Shown here: positions 48,778 to 63,110 of the stretch, piece after piece
Layout: each line of letters starts with the position of its first letter
Position numbering within the stretch: position 1 is the first letter of the stretch
DNA from: Squalus acanthias
Taxonomy: Eukaryota
Assembly (NCBI GenBank): GCA_030390025.1
Contig: CM059432.1
Location: forward strand, 103,232,001-103,296,000
DNA length: 64,000 nucleotides
Direction: 5' to 3'
Made by a program: the position numbers and the translations under genes
Notes under the pieces: model-generated
Told to the model about the DNA's origin: nothing
What the model saw: the letters and a program-made list of their open reading frames with translations, nothing else
Databases searched by the model: none

Positions 48778-51185
48778 GCAATGTAAAGGGGAGTCATATG
48801 GTTCATGTTTGTGTAGTAATCGTGCCACTAAAGCAAAACAGATTAGATTCTGCAGTATCTTGTGATATGTGCATCACTTTGAATCTTGAGGCACTTGAAC
48901 ATGAATAAAACATGAAACACCATTTACATGTCAGTAAAGAACTTTCTAACCCTCATCAAATTATTTGTTTCCAACCATATTTACATTCTTCTGGGCAAAA
49001 TCACAGAAAATGAAACACACCATCTCAAACAAAACAAATAATTTTTTTGTCACGCAAAACATTTAAAAGCACAACACTAACTTTCAATATCATACTCTCG
49101 GGGATGAAGTTTCTCCTGTCAGTAACTTTAATGATACAGAATACAGAATGGGACAATATCTTTTATATTAATACCAACTTTTTTGGCAAAATGTGGGATG
49201 CCATCCCCTCCCTGTTAATCAATAGCAAGTCTCAAGTGATCACTGTTTAAAATATAGTGAACGTTACAGATAACAATGCAACCACATACGTTAGAGGCCT
49301 ATGTTTCTTTAACAGTACTGCAGGGAACACATGTGAAGTTTGTAAATCTAGTTAAATAGCTCCCAGGGTTTGGGTTATTTACTTGAATATGTCGCTACTT
49401 TATATCAGTTTTGGAAGGATTGCCTAACTGAATCATTAGTAATTGTACTGCATGTCTTGTATAATTAAAAATGTTTACCTCTATTGATCATGCACCATGG
49501 ATGATTAAATAATGAAATTTTGCAAGGGATCTTATTAGTGGACTGTGGCTATATTTATTCTAACTCATTCAAAGCACTTGAACATCAAAAGTAGAATAGA
49601 TTTTCTATCTGAAAACAGTTTGGCCATTTAAAAAAAGACTGTATAGTCCTTACCTTAAAACAATAGTGGCTGATATCTTTTGACATTGTGTTGGTTAAAT
49701 TAATGGTGTTAGCAACCTTTTAAAATCCTGGCACTAGGCAGTATCTTCCTTAATATGTCTACAGGTTTTTTATAGTTTACCACCCAGCTCCAGGGCACCG
49801 TACTTATGGGAATATTTATTTATGGAACAGCAGAGACAGCATTTTCCTTTATATGTCTGCAGTGATATTTTCTGAAAATCTGCCAGATTGTACACCACGA
49901 AGTAGGCCAATCTTTGTTTTATGATGTGCAGCACTATTTTTAACTGGTGCATACCGATTCCTTCTATTTCAATCCAACAACCTCATAACTATGGAACTCC
50001 ATACCTTCCTCATTCTTTGCATTTTTCTACAAGCTTCAGGCTTTTACAATCCAAGCTTGGCAATACCTACTTTCTGATTTCCCAGTCTTTTATTCTTTCA
50101 GCCTTGGTCAGTTTACACTGTGGGTCTTGGCCCTTCACCTTGATTTCTCAATTTTAAAAAAATGTAACAAAACTAAGGTTTACAACCCCTTAAAATTAAT
50201 CACTTTATTTACAATTAATTGAGGCATTGTTTTGAAATGCCATTGATTAGATGAAATAGCCAGAACTTCTAAACACCGTGTAAAGCATAAATACCATGTT
50301 GTGAAAAAAGATATGAGCCTGGAATCTGCTGTTGGTGCACAATTGAATGGTTAACTGGAGGTTACTTTCAGCTTTTGAGGATTACAAAGGAAGCTGCTTA
50401 AAACATGATTGCACTTTTTTCAGTACAAAAGTGGGATTTATCTCCTGCATAGAAAGCCTTTCAATTAAACAGTAGAATCAATAAACCTTATAATCAGCTG
50501 TGAACTACAATTAGAAGACAGTTTAAAGGTTGAAAAAGCACTGGTGAGTCCAAGGCAGCTGTCAACTCAACAAAATGGCTAAAGAATGGGGCAGAGTAAG
50601 GAATGACAAGTTTACTTCCCAGAAATCCTACTACAAGGAGCCAGGAAGAGAAGGGACACACTTTATGGTACTGATGCCTCTCACCCTTCCCCAAAGTGCT
50701 TGATACATAGGAACAAATGACAGAAACCAGGCAGAATCTGTCAAACACCACAGTATCAGAATTGGCTGACTCACATACAGAATCCTGGCAAAGTGGTCTA
50801 GACCGACCAGAATCGTAGCAGGCTGCCAGTGAAATGCTGCATTCATCCAGCACATTTACTCCTTCCATAAAAAAATCATTTTTGACAGAATAGTAGGTTA
50901 GGTGTTATACATCTGAAGCAAAAGACAAGAGCAAAGGGGCAGCATCATGCCAACTCCAGCTGACAATATTCAAACACCACATAATGGATGAAATAAATGC
51001 AGAGCACTTCATTTGAACATTGTGCTGAGTATTTATGAGTCATTGGTTAAAATAAAGCAAGATCCCAGCAGAAGATGGCAATAGATTTGAAGATCTGAAA
51101 AATAAAGTGTAAGACAAGGTGGTTTGAGAACAGTTGCTTTGAAGTTGCCGTTTACAGTTTTAAGAAGTGGTGTTGCCCTGGAACT

Positions 51186-51660
51186 CCCGTTCGCCCATCA
51201 CCCCTGTGCTCGCTGACCTACATTGGCTCCCGGTTAAGCAGCGCCTTGATTTCAAAATTCTCATCCTTGTTTTCGAATCCCTCCATGGCCTCGCCCCTTC
51301 CTATCTCTGTAATCTCCTTCAGCCCCACAACCCCCCGAGATATCTGCACTCCTCTAATTCTGCCCTCTTGAGGATCCCTGATTATAATCGCTCAAAGTTT
51401 GGTGGCCGTGCCTTCTGTTGCCTGGGCCCTAAGCTCTGGAATTCCCTGCCTAAACCTGTCCACCTCGCTACCTCTCTTTCCTCCTTTAAGACGCTCTTTA
51501 AAACCTACCTCTTTGACCAAGCTTTTGGTCATCTGCCCTAATTTATCCTTATGTGGATCGATGTCAAATTTTTTGTCTTAAAATACTCCTGTGCAGCGCC
51601 TTGGGATGTTTTACTACGTTAAAGGTGCTATATAAATACAAGTTGTTGTTGTTGTTGTTG
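51186..51660 (+). mobile_element. L2 LINE 3' fragment, well preserved
   Basis: ITPVLADLHWLPV...GLAPSYL...GGRAF...LWNSLP; (TTG)n tail; GAACT on both sides. Confidence 0.92.
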
Positions 51661-52519
51661 AACTAGTGCCTGGCACTGCAGTATTCTTTACTGCTAGTTC
51701 TGCAGCCAATTCCTCATTGCTATTGCACTCTCTTGCTCTGCCATAGACTCACCATCTGAGTAATCAACCTAGATGGAGAGATATCTTTGCAGAGCAAAGT
51801 TATGGAGCATGCAGCAGGCCATAACTAATCTTGAACCCTGAGGAGGAGGGGAGGTTGTACTGGAAGGCCACATTAAAAGATACGTGCCCACCACAGAAAG
51901 TCAGTCTTTTGGGGGCCTGGTCCACAATTTCAATTACGCCAATGTAAATCAGCTCTAACTGGATCCTCCACTCCACTGGTGATAATTCTATCTGAGTCCT
52001 GCTGCTGCTGTAAATGACATCCTAGCCCTCCTTGTCAGATGGCCCAGAGTCAGACGGCCCCAACCACAACTGCAGATGTCCAAGAGTTGAAAGCAGCCAC
52101 TTTCCACTCCCACCTCTGAGGCGAGGTCCTCAGCATAGGCAGGTATCTCACTGGGAGCTCACCAAAATCATGACTGACTCCAGAAAACCAGCTTGGATGG
52201 CAATAGTGGCCATCTAGACCCACCTAGGAAATACATTTTGCATCTTCAACATTTACTTCCCCCTTCAGGCTTTCATGTACTTATGTTTTTTCTTTCTCCA
52301 GTATGAGCAAAGAACTGTTGAATATCCTTACAACTTTAGTTAAAACCCTGTCCCATTGCACTTTCAGTGTACTCGAGTCACAGGCTTGTAGTCATGCCCG
52401 CTTTTAAGTTGTCAGCTTCTTAGTCAACTTTGCTAGGTTGTGATGTATGTCAAAATGTGTTCATTTGCAAATAATCTGGGACGTCTGAGGATAAAATCTT
52501 TAGATGAATTTGGTGATCT

Positions 52520-52636
52520 TGCACCCCAGCGTTGAGTCACATTTAAAGGGAGCATGGGTGAGATACAGAAAAACAACAGTGCAGCCCCACTTCTCTAACC
52601 CATGCTCCCTTTGAATGGGGCCCAATGTTGGGAGCA
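52520..52636. repeat. Long imperfect inverted repeat (probable MITE)
   Basis: Arms of ~43 bp around the core AAAGGGAGCATGGG / CCCATGCTCCCTTT. Confidence 0.75.
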
Positions 52637-52821
52637 TTGAATTTACCCTCTTATACCCAACAGCTCCAAAAAACACAAACGTTCAGCCACCTTGTGTAAA
52701 AATACAGGGCTGCTAACCATAACCTTTAAATTTGCTTCTGTGCAGTTTATCTGAACTAGAACCAATTTTTCTTCTATAAAATTGAATTTATTGGGATATT
52801 TTCAATAACCAAGAACTCAAT

Positions 52822-54170
52822 GGCCGTGAAATTCGGCCCATATGTGCCGGCCGATAAGGCCGGTTTGGATAAAGTAATGGCGTCCTCCTCACTTCCACCC
52901 ACTTCTGGCAAGGAACGCAGCGGCTGCCATTTTGGGGAGGTCGGCAGCACTGCCGTTGCCTGCGCTCACTCCAGATATGGAAATTAGTCAAATCGTGACG
53001 TCAATCAGCATACAACACCACAGAACTTCACTTGCTTCCAGTCCTGGGGCCTCTAGTTGCAGTCCCCTTGGGCTACAGCATGACATGGAGATGGAGCAGA
53101 GGCAGCAAAGAGGCTGCTCGCAGAGGGAGGAGGAAGATGAAGAGGAGGAAGAAGCAGAAGAGGAGGCAGCAGAAGAGGAGGAAGCAGAAGGAAGGAGGCA
53201 ACCCAGACAGCCCCTTTCTGGCCAGGATATCTGGAATCAAATCATCCGCCTGCGGTACCAGTGACCACAACCCCAATTCCCCTTTCAACATTTGTCCCAC
53301 ACCTTACCTTCCCTCTGTTACTGACCATCACAGTGTCCTTTTGGCCACAATGCTGAAATAAAAGCCACCACAAAGCAAACTATCCAATCCAACTTTATCC
53401 ATATAGGCATCCAATATTACATCAAAAAATCAACTAATTAACCTTGTGCATTCCCTTAGTGACTGTCTTGTGTGTGCCTTTGCCTAACCTAGTGCTCTTA
53501 CACAGTGCTACCCCAGTGACTGCAGCATGGCTGGTGGAAGGCTGTTGACTTTCAATGGGGGACACCCAGTTGGCCTTGTAGGAAGACCTTGAGGAGCTGG
53601 TGGCTGTGAGTATGAAATCAAGTGACGGTGTTTCTTTTTCTTCTTCATCACTCTGCTCTCCCTCTTCTTGGTCAATCACTGGCTGGGCAGGCTGGCAGTG
53701 ACTGCCTTGGTGATCTGGTCCCACATCCTTTTTTCTGGAGGGTCTCCTGGCCCCCTGTGGGTAGAGGACCTCTCTTCCAGTGTTCACCCCACCTGCAGAA
53801 AGCTTGAATGCTGCATTCAAGACCCTGGGTGCCCTTTCCCTGGCTTGTTGAGCCATTTGGGTTAGTGCAGAAGCACTTTTACCATTTTTGATGAGCAGAA
53901 GGAAGCTCACCTTTAAGAGGTGCAAAATGCCTTTAAGAGGTGCAGGCTAGCTTTAAGTAAAACTAGCCTCACTCAAACATCATGAACTTCAGCCCCCTGC
54001 TGAACGCAGAGCCTGTCAGCAGCGCATTCAGTGCTGGGCTGTGCGCTACAATCATTATAATTAGCAGGCAGCACGAAGTTGACCTGCTCCTGCACTCCTT
54101 GAATGGGCACAGGCATATCGCGTATCGCAGTGCCCCTGCCTGTTTTTCAGCGCTATGGAATTTCACTCCC
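52822..54170 (-). mobile_element. Non-autonomous Harbinger derivative
   Basis: TIRs GGCCGTGAAATTC / GAATTTCACTCCC, TSD AAT; remnants of the Myb gene (MAQQARERAPRV) and of the acidic transposase tail. Confidence 0.88.
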
Positions 54171-55209
54171 AATATGTTTCTAGGTACTTAATGGAAACTT
54201 TACAAGTTTGATTCTACCCTAACGGGAGTGATAGTTATTTTCAACAGAACCTTCAGCTTTGGGAGGAGGGTAAAATGGGTGATATTGGATCAGCTACCTT
54301 AAAGGAAAATCAGGCGAGGTGTATAATGGGCAATTGATCAGAGAACGCCCATTTTACTCCGCTGTCAAAGTCGAAAGTTCTGTCCTTTGTGTTTTTGGTC
54401 ATTGGTAAAATAGTCATATGGATATTTGACTTATTCAGCAATCAAATATAGACTAGAGTTAGCCACTAGAAAAATAAAACAAAACAACTTTGGAAGCACA
54501 GGAGAATTTCTGACTTTCCAACCTACACAATATATTATTCAATTGTTATATGTTATTTTTATATCATGTTATTATGTTAATTGTTTTTAGAAGTTGCAGC
54601 TTTTATAACCTACTCATGTTGGTTACTATGATGTTGAAGTCCTCGAGTTCTGAGTGGAAGACTTCATTTTAGCCGTGAAATTCCTCTCGACATCGGTTAA
54701 ACAATATCTCACAGATTATCTGTGAGAGATGAACAAGAATATGGTAAGATTGCATTACTCAATCACACCATTTGGTGGGTTAGTCCAGGAGCACCATTAA
54801 TGACACTTGGGAAATATGCTTCGATTGTAATATCTGCCCTGTCAGATGAAGAACACAACCTCAAACTTCCACACAGTAAGTTGCAACATGTTTGCTCCAG
54901 AATTTTGTGGGTCAGATCATTTGCATATCCATTGAAGGATTCATTGGTGTAAATTCTGTGTAAAAGAGGAGTAATGTGCTGGAGTGCTTGGACATTAAAG
55001 TGCAGCCTTTAAAAAGCCAATTCTGGCAGAAGATTATAGCATGAGGCTGGGGAGGAGCACCTAAGTAGCAAAGTACTTAGCTTGCTGGTGCTGGCTGTCA
55101 CGTAGCTGCACTGGATGCCACATGAGTGTTTTTGTGCCACTTTTCAAGAATGGAGCATTTGATAGAGGCAGCCAAAGAAGGTACAAGGGCATGGAGGCAT
55201 AGAAGCAAT

Positions 55210-55870
55210 CATTATTTCAATAAGTGAGACCTGATGAAATACAATGGTATAGAGACAGACTGCTGGCTCTCTGTGGGAGGAAAACTCAAAAAAAGTCTCT
55301 AATGCTAAGTGGAGGGAGGAGACACTGGCACTGAGTGCCACCTCTCTCATCCCCAGGACTGAAGGCCAATCCATCAAGAACTTCAATGACCTGGCTCAGG
55401 CAGGCAAGGTATTACACTGACCACACTCATTTTTCTTACTTGGAAACTGTGAGCAAAAGCACACACTCACCCTCTAAAATTATCAGCTACATAAATAGCC
55501 ATTCCTTCTGCACTCTGGTTAAGAGGGGCACTCACTTGAGATCTTACAGTATCCATCCCTGTCTCCCTAACAGCACTTACTTGCATACATAACATTTAAA
55601 AGACTTGCTCTACTTTTACAGGGTGATACTATTGCATCTCTTACTTCAATTGTATGATGCCACTTAGTAGATAATCATCTGCTGTTAGCCTTTCACCTAA
55701 TTCATCCAATCTTGTTGCAGGACAAACTGATGCATAATGCCAGCAAGAGGTAGGGCACTGGATGGGGCATCCCTGACTTTAAGGCGCTCACCCTCTATGA
55801 GGAGCAGGGCAGCACTCTTCTCTTTCTATGGGAGATGACGAGGTCAGGGGTATAGTTTCAGCATCAGGTT
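55210..55870 (+). pseudogene. Decayed Harbinger Myb/SANT gene, exons 1-2
   Basis: KWREE...PRTEGQSIKNFNDL...K|gt and ttgcag|DKLMHN...GTG.G.P...LTLYEE, with the same intron position as H1/H2. Confidence 0.65.
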
Positions 55871-56955
55871 AGTAACTGCACATCCATACTGTTACCATGC
55901 AATATTCCCTTTAATTTTTTTTGGGTGCACGGCCCCTTTAAGGGGATATGTGGCCAGTTCAAAATACCACGCATGCACGGTTTTTCCTATTTAAAAACCG
56001 GAGAGCCGGAGAGCCGGTGAGGCTCTGAGGGTAGTCTCCAAGGACATCCGGCAACTGGCAGGTGTGACTATTAAGTGTACAGCTTTCAAATTAAACAAAA
56101 TTAATGAACAACAAATAATTTCTCATTTATTTGCAGAACTTTGTACAAGCTTAATCAGTTTAATATTTTATAGGAGTGAAGAAATCTTTGCTGCAGTTCC
56201 CAAAGCGTTAAAATCCAATTGCATACCTGAAGAGAGTGGCTCACTATCTTTTAAGGTTTACAAAACTTAATTAGTCATCTTCAACCAAAGTCACGCAGGT
56301 CAAGTTATATTAAAACTCAAAGGGGTTGATTTGCAGAATTTTTGTGTGTCACAAATTGCAAGTACTTGCCCCCTCCCCGCAGAGAAAAGACCTTTGCTCC
56401 TTACCAGGTATTTCATTTTTTCTACAATATAATTCTGCAAAATTCATCCACTAGTTACTAGCCAGTGCAAGTGAAAAAGCCTAGGGAAAAAAAATTCTAT
56501 TTTGAAATATCTCATGAATGTACAGTCATCTGTCTGGCACCATTTCCATTAAGCTTGGTTTAGTGGTGAGAAATTGATTTTTCTTTAGCTTTTAGTTTCA
56601 ACACGGCTTAAGACAATCAAAATATAAATCTTTGTGCATTCAAAGTCAAAGCTTGATTAAAAAATATACATCAAGGCAAGGCAGTTAGTGCCACCTACAG
56701 AAACATATTTTCCTTTTTTTTTCTGTCCCAAGTAGATTTAGGGCTGCATTCAACTATTGGCAGGTTAACAGTGGGATGAAACATTCGCTCACCCGCATGA
56801 CCCCACTGCAAACCCGCTCAACCTTCCTGCCTTGGCTCTACTTAGTTATGTGGGGTGGGATGTTAGTCCTCCAAGACTCCAAAGGAATCTTCCCAGTCAC
56901 CCATCTCTTGACCTCACATCACTCTATGCACCTCATAAAAGTAGTAGCTATTTAA

Positions 56956-57674
56956 GGGGAAAAATTGGGTATTGCCCATTTTGGGGTGCTAATATCGGCC
57001 GGGCACAAAGTTTAGCGCCCAGTGCTAATTATCGCCTCCGACTGCAAAATTCGCCTCTATCACCCCTGGAGGTGATTTGAGCGCTAAATCAGGCACTACA
57101 CACCTCTCTTAAGGTGCAAACGTCAGGGAGCGAGGCGCTACCTCAGAACGCTATCGAAGCTCAGGCGATGCCAATTACCATGGAAGCCAGACAGACTGGC
57201 GCTGTCCAATTCTTCAAGGGGAGGGGCTATCTTGCTGGCCAGCCACACTGCTCATTGTAGCCTTGAATCTCGGCCTGGAGAGACCTCAAAAGCAATTGTG
57301 TTGGAAGCACCAATGGATAGGCCCAGGGAAAGAGCTCGGCGTTTAGGAACCTCAAAAATGGTGCTGAGGGCCAAAACTCCTTAGGACAGCATTAAAACCA
57401 AAAATTTTGCCAACAAGAAAAGGCAGGAAGCGCCCACCTTTAAATAGCGCTACCCCAGCCCCTTCCTGACTTGAAAACGTTCCCCTCTACCTGTCATTCC
57501 TAGCGGCAGGCGCTAAGGCAGGAGGCGCGACTCAATATCCGGTCTGGGGCGCTACCGGGGCGTTGCACGCTTGACTGACGTCACAATCTGTGGGCGCAGG
57601 CGATCGTGGCGGTAGTGTTTAGCACCGCCACAAAACGACGTCAATTTCACGAGCGGCGCTAAAATTTTTTCCCC
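56956..57674 (-). mobile_element. Internal-deletion derivative of an H2-like Harbinger
   Basis: 56956-57345 matches the reverse complement of 33830-34223, including the Myb start MDRPRERA; 57405-57630 matches the reverse complement of 25775-26005. Confidence 0.9.
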
Positions 57675-58089
57675 TTAGACCTTAGAGCAAGTAAGGTGGT
57701 CGGCACAAAAGGTAGGCACGGAGGTAAGATATTGTTGCAGTTAAAGTGTAGGAAGTTATTGGAAGCTTTTGCTGAATTTTGTTTTGGAGAGTAGGCTTCA
57801 GAGTACATTTTTGTGGACTTGCATGATGACAATGTGAGAGTGTGACCTTCGTATTGTGGATTCAAGTTCTAGAAGGCTCTGGAAATGCAGATCTTTGTGA
57901 GGCAGTTGTTGGTAGGGGGAGTTGGAGGAACAGATGAGGGAGACTTTTATTTGCTCTCTCAATTTTTTTTTAGTAAAAGCACTCAGCTGTAAGGTGCTGC
58001 CTCTTTTCTCTGGCTTCAGGCTAATGGCTCTCGTGCTCCACCTCCTGTCCTTCCCATGTACCCTCCTACTGATGTCAGGATGGAGGGAA

Positions 58090-59030
58090 CTTCTCCCTCA
58101 TCTTCATCATCATCATCATCCTCATCAGCTTCAGGAAGTACTAATCCTTTCTCATGGCAATATTATGCAAAACACAGCAAGCAACAATGATTTTGCAGAC
58201 TTTTGCTGAGCGGTTCTGCAGGCCTCTACCAGAGTTATCCAGCTACCTGAAACAAGTCTGCTCCATAAAAACTCTTATAGTTTCATGGACCTCATCATAT
58301 CTATTGTAGCCTTCTATCTGCAGATACATTGGTTATATTGGAAGCCATGACTACAAGGGGTATATCCCTGATCAACACTCAATCGTCCCGATACATGATT
58401 CGAAGTCATCAAGACTGTTCTGGTGGATAAACAGTGTCACGATAGCTTCCTGGGTACGGGGTGTTCACGGGCATGATAAGGTGATTGTCGTCACACAAGA
58501 GTTAAACCTTTATTTAATGAAAGCATTTCCTATTAGTGAAATTGTCACATGGGGCTTTCAATGCCATGTGTTCTGCCAATTGCTTCTTGTACCTGTGGGA
58601 ACCCCGCTAATCTAAAGAATTGGACTGCTTACTCTCTTTGTTTCACAAGTTCATTGAAAATAATGAACTAACGAAATATTGAATAACCTGTGAGGCCCAA
58701 TTGAATGGAGCATTAATGACCTTCCTTATACAAAGTTGCACTACTGCCTGAATAATGTGGCAAAGGTCACTTGAGGCTTCTGTAAGGACCCATGGGCAAA
58801 ACAATTCAAGGCAATGGTAACTTTCCTGCTACAGATAATGCTGTTCTGCTGGTAGAAATGGACTTCAGGCAACAGGTAGCATAACTCTCCAATATTCACC
58901 ATGGAGAAGCACAGCTTTTTATGGCACTGGCAGGCAGAGAAATCTAAATAAGACCTCCCGATATAAAAACTCTGTGGAGTGGGTATCAACATGTTAGAAA
59001 CAAATGTCGCCTGTGATACCTCACTATAAG
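58090..59030 (-). pseudogene. Decayed Harbinger transposase
   Basis: Minus-strand pieces SYLDFSACQC, KVTIALNCFA.GS, AGFPQVQ, NRKCFH, YPGS, IIVACCVLHNIA and an acidic tail occur in order. Confidence 0.8.
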
Positions 59031-59302
59031 AGCCTCCGATCTAGCCTATTCCCCATATCCTCATATTCCTCCTCTTCATAGCACAGAAATAGAGGGATTC
59101 TCATTGTGAAATCCATTGCCCCAGTGCAGAAATTTACTTTGTGAAGTACTCACAAAAACTGAGAAAGATCTTCAGAGAAGTTCCAGAGGACGAACCAATC
59201 AAAAATCACTTGTAAAGGCAGAGTTTCTACAATCTACAGTCAGGAAATCCAAAATGGCCTCTTACATGCAGTGTCCGCCACAGAGATACCACTGTGCTGT
59301 GC

Positions 59303-60500
59303 ATAACAACAACATGCAATTATATAGTACCTTTAACATAGAAAAACATCCAAAGGCACTTTACAGAAGTGTAATCAGCCAAAAATGGACACTGAGACAA
59401 AGAAGGAAAGATTAGAAGAGCCGAGCTTGGTCAAAGAGGTGGGTTTTAAGTGAGGCCTTAAAGGAAGAGAGTGAGGTAGTAAGGGGGAGCGGATTAAGAT
59501 GGGAATTCCAGAGCATGGGGTCTAGATAGATGAAGGCACAGTTGTCAATGGTTACTGTACAGTTTTGGTCTCCTTACCTAAGGAAGGATATACTTGCCTT
59601 AGAGGGGGTGCAACGAAGGTTCACTAGATTGATTCCTGGAATGGGGGGATTGTCCTATGAGGAGAGAGTGAGTAGAATGGGCTTAGATTCTCTGAAGTTT
59701 AGAAGAATGAGAAGTGATCTCATTGAAAAGTTTAAAATTCTTAGAGGGCTTGACAGGTAGATGCTGAGAGGTTGTTTCCCCTGGCTGGAGAGTCTAGAAC
59801 TAGGGGGCATAGTCTCAGGAGAAGGGGGTCAGCCATTTAGGAGTGAGATGAGGAGAAATTTCTTCACTCAGAGGGTTGTGGATGCTCAGTTGATGAGTAT
59901 ATTCAAGACTATGATCAATAGATATTTGGGCACTGAAGGATTCAAGGGATATGGAGATAGGGCAGGAAAGTGGAGTTGATGTAAAAGTTCAGCTATGACC
60001 TTGTTGAATGGCGGAGCAGGCTCGAGGGGCCATATGGCCTACTCCCGCTTCTATTTCTTATGTTCTTACGTTCTTATGGTTGGACAAAGTGAGGCGGAGG
60101 GGTTGTGGGGATGGAGGAAGTTCCTGACATAGGGATGGCCATAGGCCATGAAAGGATTTAAATACGAGAATCAACATTTTAAATTGGAGATGTTGGTGGA
60201 CCGGGAGTCAATGTAGGTCAGCAAGGAGAGGGGTGTAGGATAAGATACAGACAGCAGAGTTTACGGAGCATAGTGGATGGAAGGCCTGTCAGGCGAGCAT
60301 TGAAATAGTTGAATCTGGACATGACATAGAAATGAATGACGGTTTCAGCAGAAGATGGGCTAAGGCAAGGGTGAAGGCAGGCAAAGTTATGGAAGTGGAT
60401 GTATGCGGTCTTTGTAATGGAGGAGTATATTAGGTTGGAAGCTTGGGTCCAACAGTATGCTGAGATTGCAAACAGCCTGGTCCAGCTTGAGAAGTGGGGA
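59303..60500 (-). mobile_element. Old L2 fragment interrupted by CR1
   Basis: (CAA)n tail complement and TTATATAGTACCTTTAAC at the left end; the sequence resumes after 60081. Confidence 0.65.
59554..60078 (+). mobile_element. CR1 3' fragment
   Basis: VQFWSPYLRKDI; TTCTTATG tail; TSD ATGGTT (59548-59553, 60076-60081). Confidence 0.92.
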
Positions 60501-62117
60501 AGTGTATGGAATCGGTGGTGACAGTACTTTTGTATTGGCTATGTTCTCAGAAGGCAAGTTTGGGCAGTAATTGATGAAACTTTTGCAAAGACCTAGGCCA
60601 CACCCACCCACTCCATTTACATGTGGCAAGATGGATGGTACTGCCGACAGCCAGGCTTTGAGAAAAAGAATTTTGGTGCAATGTTTTGATGTAATAGGGC
60701 ATTTTACTGGTTTTAGTGCCCCAACACCACCTGGGGTTAAAAAGAAGGAAAATCCAATGCTTAGCTTTTGTATTGACACACTGGGGATCATTTTAACTTC
60801 AGGCTATGGTGTAAAACGAGAGATCGTCACCCATTATACACCTGCCCGAAGTTAATGAAAAGGAAAATCGGATGTCATTATTTGTACTTATGCAGCTGAG
60901 TTAATGGGTAGGTAGGGCTTTCAATGAAATTGGTTGTGTTGCAGAATGGTGTGTAGTGCAGTACTGGGTAAGCTAATGTACCTATAATAGCAATGATGAT
61001 AAGTGGCAGTCAATTTGTATGCCCTGAGTGAATTCTTGCTCTATCCTGTTACAGCTGTATGTCCTTAGTAGAAGAAATCCAAGATGCAAGATTCATGTTA
61101 GTGTTGCCTGCCACTTAACTGAGCTGACAAAATGTGCTGTACGTCAAAGTGCACAGTCAATTCTAATGCATGAAGATAATAAAGAAGACAAAGATGACAA
61201 CAATGATGACTGTCAGCAGTAATTGTATAACCTAGGTGCAAAATAGCTGGAACCCAAGTGAGTAAAGCTGCTGTTAGTGTATGTTGTGTGCATCAGAAGG
61301 CATGCTCAAGCTTAATACCCATATGTGATGACAGTGCTGAAGATGGATGAATACAAAAAGAACAATGATAATAATGACTGGCACCAAGCTTCACTCAAAC
61401 CTGATGTACACAATATGTGCACTGACAACAAGGTAGCAGCCAGCTTGGATCAAATTCGGTCTATTATATGCACCAGATATTGTAGCAGTATGGTGGGTTG
61501 TGATGCTGTTATAGATAGGGAAAAGGAAGCAATGCATTTTCATAGTGTTACAGAGGCCAGGATTAGCCCCATTATAAATAATACTCTTTAACACTCCATC
61601 TCACTGGGAGTTTTGCAAGGAAGGAAAACTCAGAAGGGGTTGGGGGTAATTTTCCTCCAAATTATCATCCAATATCAGACAGTAATGCAGCAGGAAATAA
61701 AGGAAAATAGGGTAGGGAGGCCTTCCGCTAAAGGCCCGCCCTTAAAATTGCCCACCATGATTCTCCTCTGCCCCCTTCACATTAGATGATATGAGCTACC
61801 CATTTCCCGCACCACTGCATCTCAGTGCTGATGAGTTGATAGGGCTTCCTTCACCACTCCATTTCCCTTCAGGACTGTCCCTTTCCCACCCACAGGAAAT
61901 AATGCCACTATAAAAGGTGGCATTGTCAATTTCAGCATGGTGTGCCAGATGTGGGAGGAAGATTATACAAGCCATAAATGTAGGATTTTGAAGAACTACA
62001 AGTATACTGTGTATTTTCTAGGCATTTCTACTGCAAATGGAATAAAAGCTTTTACTGGAAATTAAACCAGGAAAACTCCAATATCAAATTTAAAAATATT
62101 GAAGACATTCAAGAACT

Positions 62118-63110
62118 ATGGAGCTTCCACTTGGAATTGCCTTTGTTCTTCTGCTGTGAGGAAGAGGATGATGAGGATCAGGAGGAGGAACGGATGGAGG
62201 CCAAACTAATCCAGCATCATAGATGCAGTCTAGCCTCTTAATGCAGATACTCATACCAGAGAGTGTATAGACTAAGTTGATCTTTCATGCATTCATCTGC
62301 AAGGTGGTGTCTGAGAAGGCTGCTCTTTCCAGCTGAGGTAATATCTGAGTTATAGTGCCATCTGACCCCTGAATTGCAACCCATTTCAACCAGATATACA
62401 GCGCTGTCCAGTGCTGTGAAAATTACAACTGCATTGAACTCATATGCGACCGATCTTTCCAGACTGTTTCAGTAGGCATAAGCCACACAATTAAAACTGG
62501 AATGAACCACTATATCAAAGCGGTAACAGGTGCCCTGGTCAGGCACACATCACAGTTCATTTCATTTCCTATCCAGCCAGAAAAGCAGAAATAGCGTACA
62601 GCTAGTTTTACTATTTGGCTAACTGTCCCCAGGTTCACAGTGACATCGATACAACCCATGTGGCAATAAAGACTCCACATGAGCACCCGCTGAACTACAA
62701 CAACAGAAAGGATTTTCACTCACTCAACATCCAGCTGATGTGTGATACCAGCCATATTATTTTTCATCTGAATGCATGCTATCCAGGAAGCTGCTTGATG
62801 CTTTTGTGTTTTGCCAGTCTACCCTCCAAGGCTTATTCAACCAGCAGTATGTGCCCGGATGGCTGCTTGGTGACCTGGGATACCCTCTGCACCCATGGTT
62901 GATGACCCCACTCCATCCAACTAAGAACAACAGAGGGGAATAGGTAACATGGCACAACAAAAATCCAAATTGAGCAGACTATCGGGAAACTGAAGTCTCG
63001 TTTCAGGTGTTTGGACAGGCCTGGAAGATCACTGCAGTACTACCCTTCAACGGTTTTGAGAATCATAGTGGCACACCACTTGCTGCTGCATTTTGCTACT
63101 CTCAAAGCAT
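62118..63110 (+). pseudogene. Decayed Harbinger transposase
   Basis: IDTTHVAIK, NRKDFHSLNIQLMCD, YPGS, WLLGDLGYP and IEQTIG.LKSRFRCLD. Confidence 0.85.

Noticed and set aside
49634..49748. Minus-strand exon-like segment ending AAG|GTAAGG
   Set aside because: Stops in all three frames; no support as coding.
58323..58615. Plus-strand open frame after an acceptor-like site
   Set aside because: The opposite strand is a decayed Harbinger transposase.
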